NCBI GenBank assembly: GCA_964556195.1
Contig: CAZKVK010000001.1
Location: 1,180 to 65,179 of the forward strand
Reading direction: 5' to 3'
Origin: an uncultured Candidatus Poseidoniales archaeon
Lineage (GTDB): Archaea; Thermoplasmatota; Poseidoniia; Poseidoniales; Thalassarchaeaceae
Length of the DNA: 64,000 nt
Positions 59,991 to 64,000 of the stretch are shown piece by piece (within the stretch, counting starts at the first letter, position 1; each line of letters begins with the position of its first letter). A program made the translations under genes and the position numbers. The notes beneath the pieces are model-generated. The model had not been told where the DNA came from. It ran no database searches and worked only from the letters and a program-made list of their open reading frames with translations.

Positions 59991-60932
59991 TTAAAACAAA
60001 CGGGCGTCTAGTGGTTCTAACTCGTCTGATTCTTCATCATCGATTAGTCTTGGAGTTCGGCCAGCAAAGGCCGCGGCTGCTAGAGCGGTGATCATCATGG
60101 TTCCAATCAATTCAAAGCCTGGGAGGTAAACTCCTCTGATGTAAATGGTCATTGTTTGAATTTGGTAATTCGGGATGCCCTCAGTTCTTACGGAATATTC
60201 CGACGTAGCCTTGAATTGTAAAGAGAAATACGTATCCGTCCAACCTTGGTTCTTCGGAGTTCTCATCTGAACTCTAATCTTCTCAGGAGGTGCCATAGAT
60301 TCAATCTCTACACTTACCAACGGAATACTCAGTTGGAATCCATCATCGTTCAATTGATCATAATTTTCGATTTCAATATTGAATCGATCAAGAGCATTTC
60401 CATCATTGTATACGTCGAATACCAAGTTGTAATCAACCTTCGGACGCAATTGCAAGAAGGCTACTTCTGAGGCCACTCGGAGTCGGCTGAACTGCCTGAT
60501 GATAGCCATGACGTTTGCAGCTGACGGTTCGCTGGTAACCGGAACTCCATTTGCCATCGTAACCTCAGCGCTGATGGTTACCTGATGTTGCCCTTCTGGT
60601 GCCCGAAGTTCGGCTCGGACTAGAACCTGGAATGATACTTCCGAGCCTCCACCTATTGACATGGTGGCTGGACCGGAGAACGCGAGCACTCCGGCTTGAA
60701 TCTGAATTCGTACCTTTTCTTGGTGGATGGTTGGATTCTCGATTCTGCAGTTGATTATACTAGATCTGGTAGCACCCGGATAGACATCAATAGGTTGAGG
60801 CTGGTCACAGGTCAAGGTAATGTCTGGAACCGCTCCTTGGGCTTGAACAGGTGCTGCTGCAGCCCATGTGCTGAGGAAGTAGACCACCAGAATCATCAGG
60901 GCAGGACGAACCTTACTTGCAGTGCTCATCAT
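59991..60932 (-). CDS. Surface protein with PGF-type C-terminal sorting signal (choice-of-anchor T-like)
   Basis: Signal peptide ending AQG; two Ig-like domains; YLPGF followed by a hydrophobic helix and RTPR. Confidence 0.7.
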   Translation of the reverse strand: MMSTASKVRPALMILVVYFLSTWAAAAPVQAQGAVPDITLTCDQPQPIDVYPGATRSSIINCRIENPTIHQEKVRIQIQAGVLAFSGPATMSIGGGSEVSFQVLVRAELRAPEGQHQVTISAEVTMANGVPVTSEPSAANVMAIIRQFSRLRVASEVAFLQLRPKVDYNLVFDVYNDGNALDRFNIEIENYDQLNDDGFQLSIPLVSVEIESMAPPEKIRVQMRTPKNQGWTDTYFSLQFKATSEYSVRTEGIPNYQIQTMTIYIRGVYLPGFELIGTMMITALAAAAFAGRTPRLIDDEESDELEPLDARLF

Positions 60933-61078
60933 CTTTCGCCCGACTCAGGCCGTATTTAGGGGTTAGCACCGTCGGCTTCGATGTATTGCATTTTCCTACC
61001 ACTAATCCTAGATGGAAATCAAATTAATTTACGACTTCTTATTAATCGAACAGAATAAACCAACTTCCTAGGAAAATT

Positions 61079-61155
61079 TGGTGGACCCGACCGGATTTGA
61101 ACCGATGGCCACTCGGTTATGAGCCGAGCGCTCTAACCAACTGAGCTACGGGTCC
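61079..61155 (-). tRNA. tRNA with CAT anticodon, most likely tRNA-Ile2; CCA encoded
   Basis: GGACCCG/CGGGTCC acceptor stem, D arm AGCTCAGTTGGTTAGAGC, anticodon arm CTCGG-CTCATAA-CCGAG, GGTTCAAATCC T arm, discriminator A; G1-C72 argues against initiator Met. Confidence 0.93.
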
Positions 61156-61309
61156 TACTCCACCCTCGACAACAACTGCGAGATGAACCTTATTCTCCCG
61201 ATACAAGTGAATTTTAGTCCAGAAAGGTATCAATTAGAATGGATTTTAGTGCTAAATTCTCTGTTCCCGTACACTGAATATTCAAGCATTAGACACACAT
61301 CCGGAACTC

Positions 61310-62863
61310 ATGGCGAAGCTTTGGGTTATGTTCTTCACTTCTCTGTTGCTTGTATCAACAATGAACTTCTACGCGGTTATTCGTGAACCCGACATGATTG
61401 ACATAGACGACATTCATGAATACCCTAGGGAGACTGTAAAGGTCAAAGGAGTGCTGACCAGTTTCGTAGTTGACCCCTATGGTGAACAAGCTGATAGGAT
61501 AGATTTGCAAGTACGAGAAGTCGATGGCCACTCCGTAGTTGAAGTGCGGTGGTACGTGGACCGAGATAATGAGATCCCTCCGATTGGAACGATAATCACA
61601 GTCGAAGGAGAGGTTACTGAATGGAATGGTAGAATTTGGTTGTCTTCTAACGGCTACGGTGCAATAGAATGCGCTGACTCGGATTGCGATTCTGTAGAAT
61701 ACACTGCTATGCAATTAGTCGAAGTTGCAATGAATCCTCAATCCTTCGCTAATATGTCAGTAAGAGTAGATGGCTATCTGTCTGAATCCCTTGAGCCTGA
61801 TGTCACATATCATTCATTGAGCTTGATGGATAACCCATCTTACGGAAATGCCGACCATCTATTGTATATGCAAGTCGAAGGTCGAGTAATCAATTGGATA
61901 GAAGCTGGAAGTCATGTAGAAATTTCTGGTTGGCTCCAATATGACCAGCGGTCACTACGCTGGAGGTTACTTGTACAAGCAACCGCTATCGAAGTTCTAA
62001 ACGAAGGGTCGGTTGTTGACCTATCTTGGGAATTAGAACCATACACTTTGACATACGAAGTTGGCAAGAATGTGTCCATAGATGGAACCGCAACCCAATC
62101 TTCAGGTAGTTGGTGGTTAATTGGAGATTCACCTACTGATCGCCTCTGTTTATTGCCTTCACAAGAAGATGTAGATGCTGGAATAGAGGAAGTTCAACAA
62201 AAATGGACTGGACGCTTGGTATGGTCAACGGATGAAGCGACCATCTGTCTTAGGGGTGATGGTTACGCGGAGGACAATTCTGCTGGCGAGTTTGGAGACG
62301 ATGTTACTCCATTACTCAATGTTGCAGAAAATCCCTTCAACTATCTAAATCAAAATCATACTTTCGAAGGATGGATTACTGACCCAATATCTCCGGATTA
62401 CGACAAGGGCTATGTTGGAGATGGACCTGATTACTATTCTAGGCAGACTAAACTCAGAATACACTTAATCGGTGAACACGCTGAATATATTGAGGGCGGT
62501 CAATCAATACGCTTCAATGCTACAATAATTTGGTCGGAAAGTGAAGGACGAGTAATACTTGAGGCCCGTTCTTGGACTCTCGGTCAAGCTCCAGCCCCAA
62601 CTACACTAAACTGGGGAGATGGTTACAACTCTTGGAAATGGGATATTGGCAAACTTGTCGTAATCAACGGAGAGGTGATTATGGACGAGGATGGAAACCA
62701 ATGGATTCAGAGATCTGGATCCGACGAAAGGGTCTGTTTGCTTGGGGATGGTAGTGAGGCAAGCCAACAAGAGGGGAAAGGACCTCTTGATTGGACTGGT
62801 AGATTATCCACCGCCGAAGATTTTGTTGGAAACACAATGCAATTCTGTATAGACATCAGATGA
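61310..62863 (+). CDS. Membrane-anchored multi-OB-fold protein
   Basis: N-terminal hydrophobic anchor; repeated V.V.G units with closing strands (ETVKVKGVL, GTIITVEGEV, SVRVDGYL, GSHVEISGWL, GKNVSIDG, GKLVVINGEV). Confidence 0.7.
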   Translation: MAKLWVMFFTSLLLVSTMNFYAVIREPDMIDIDDIHEYPRETVKVKGVLTSFVVDPYGEQADRIDLQVREVDGHSVVEVRWYVDRDNEIPPIGTIITVEGEVTEWNGRIWLSSNGYGAIECADSDCDSVEYTAMQLVEVAMNPQSFANMSVRVDGYLSESLEPDVTYHSLSLMDNPSYGNADHLLYMQVEGRVINWIEAGSHVEISGWLQYDQRSLRWRLLVQATAIEVLNEGSVVDLSWELEPYTLTYEVGKNVSIDGTATQSSGSWWLIGDSPTDRLCLLPSQEDVDAGIEEVQQKWTGRLVWSTDEATICLRGDGYAEDNSAGEFGDDVTPLLNVAENPFNYLNQNHTFEGWITDPISPDYDKGYVGDGPDYYSRQTKLRIHLIGEHAEYIEGGQSIRFNATIIWSESEGRVILEARSWTLGQAPAPTTLNWGDGYNSWKWDIGKLVVINGEVIMDEDGNQWIQRSGSDERVCLLGDGSEASQQEGKGPLDWTGRLSTAEDFVGNTMQFCIDIR

Positions 62864-62872
62864 GGTGTTGAA

Positions 62873-64000
62873 ATGGATCCATGGTTAATCGATTTTGGTT
62901 GGTTAATCGGATCATTCGTTTTTGGGATTTTTCTCGGTTGTTTAACCGGATTGATTCCGGGTTTCCATGTCAATAACGTCGCTTTGATTGCCTTGTCCCT
63001 TTCCCCTGTAGCAGTAGGGATAGGAATTCCATTAGATGCTGTTGCTGGAATTATCGTTGCTTGTGGAACAGTACACACATTCCTGAACTACATTCCAAGT
63101 GCATTAGTGGGGGCTCCCGATGACAACATGGCGCTCGCATTGCTTCCCGGCCACAGGATGCTGATTTCGGGTCAAGCCGCCCAAGGTGTTGCATATTCCG
63201 CGCGCGGATCACAGATGGGTATGCTGATGTCCATACCTCTATTGATAGTCGCGCGCTTACTTTTCGGAGAAGATCCGGGATTGGGTTTGTACGAAGCCAG
63301 TCGTGAACAACTACCATGGCTTCTACTATTCATTTCCATGTTCCTAATCCTAACCGAAACCACTCGATTACCCTGGCCAGTATGGTCTCAAAAAATAACC
63401 CAGAAACTGAAATGGCCATTGAAGAAACCATTCGAATTGACCATACCCATGGGCAGACTGAGTATTCGAAGACGGTATGACGCAATCGATTTCCGCCTCG
63501 GAGAGAGTTCGAGAGTTGCTGGAATCCTTGTAGCAACTGCCTATTTCTTACTGACCGGATTTTATGGCTGGGCAGTATTCGAATTACCAGCTCGATCACC
63601 GGTTGGGATTCCTTCCGCCTCCTTACTGTTCCCAAGTTTGGCAGGATTATTCGGAATCGCAAACCTAATCGACATCTATGTCACAACCAGTGAAATTCCT
63701 CCACAGGAACAAAATTGGGAAATGCCCGACCCTAAACCGCTAGCTGTTCCAACATTCCTTTCAGCAGTGGTTTCGTCAGTAATGGCAATTCTTCCTGGTA
63801 TGACTGCTGCACAAGCAACGGTTGTGGTGATGAGCGCTCGAAACTTTTGGGGGAAATTGACCGACCCAAATTACATCCCAGCAGACTTTGAGCATGGAAC
63901 TCAACCTGGATTTGAACAAATGCCTCAAATGATGGTTTTTGAGGGTATGGAAGAACTCTCCGATGACGACCGTTTGTTATTCCAAGAGGCTATGTCCGAA
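62873..64000 (+). CDS. TctA/DUF112-family permease (archaeal type), truncated at the window end
   Basis: Not in the ORF track. Manual translation from ATG 62873 (SD GAGGTG): TGLIPGFHVN, HTFLNYIPSALVGAPD, LLPGHRML. Confidence 0.85.
   Translation, partial: MDPWLIDFGWLIGSFVFGIFLGCLTGLIPGFHVNNVALIALSLSPVAVGIGIPLDAVAGIIVACGTVHTFLNYIPSALVGAPDDNMALALLPGHRMLISGQAAQGVAYSARGSQMGMLMSIPLLIVARLLFGEDPGLGLYEASREQLPWLLLFISMFLILTETTRLPWPVWSQKITQKLKWPLKKPFELTIPMGRLSIRRRYDAIDFRLGESSRVAGILVATAYFLLTGFYGWAVFELPARSPVGIPSASLLFPSLAGLFGIANLIDIYVTTSEIPPQEQNWEMPDPKPLAVPTFLSAVVSSVMAILPGMTAAQATVVVMSARNFWGKLTDPNYIPADFEHGTQPGFEQMPQMMVFEGMEELSDDDRLLFQEAMSE

Noticed and set aside
61079..61155. tRNA as an integration site, or as tRNA-Met
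   Set aside because: No integrase or duplicated 3' end was seen. G1-C72 excludes an initiator, and the sequence resembles archaeal Ile2 more than elongator Met, though tRNAscan-SE is needed to confirm

Overview
Densely packed archaeal chromosomal segment. Archaeal-type GAPDH, Rpp21, uS15, ArcS, AglB and CarS, mixed with bacterial-like genes (dnaJ, trhO, long-form adk, YycJ-like MBL) and many giant acidic surface proteins, point by inference to Marine Group II Euryarchaeota (Ca. Poseidoniales). I count 35 CDS (two truncated by the window edges) and one tRNA (CAT anticodon, most likely Ile2). I found no CRISPR array, IS element, integrase or prophage. Most notable observations: (1) intergenic hairpins with unrelated stem sequences but a shared C-(R-N-A)-G triloop; (2) a 3177-aa AglB fusion in a putative envelope locus with carS, a propeptide-less membrane subtilase, a beta-helix surface protein and a nearby PGF-type sorting substrate; (3) a wHTH-STAND(NB-ARC)-TPR NLR-like protein; (4) a multi-OB-fold exported protein coupled to a TctA-family permease; (5) a pyroglutamyl peptidase-Nudix fusion; (6) two apparent pseudo-enzymes; (7) a CTG-initiated pheT; (8) an intragenic GC shift. 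All calls come from motif reading by eye; no database searches were run.
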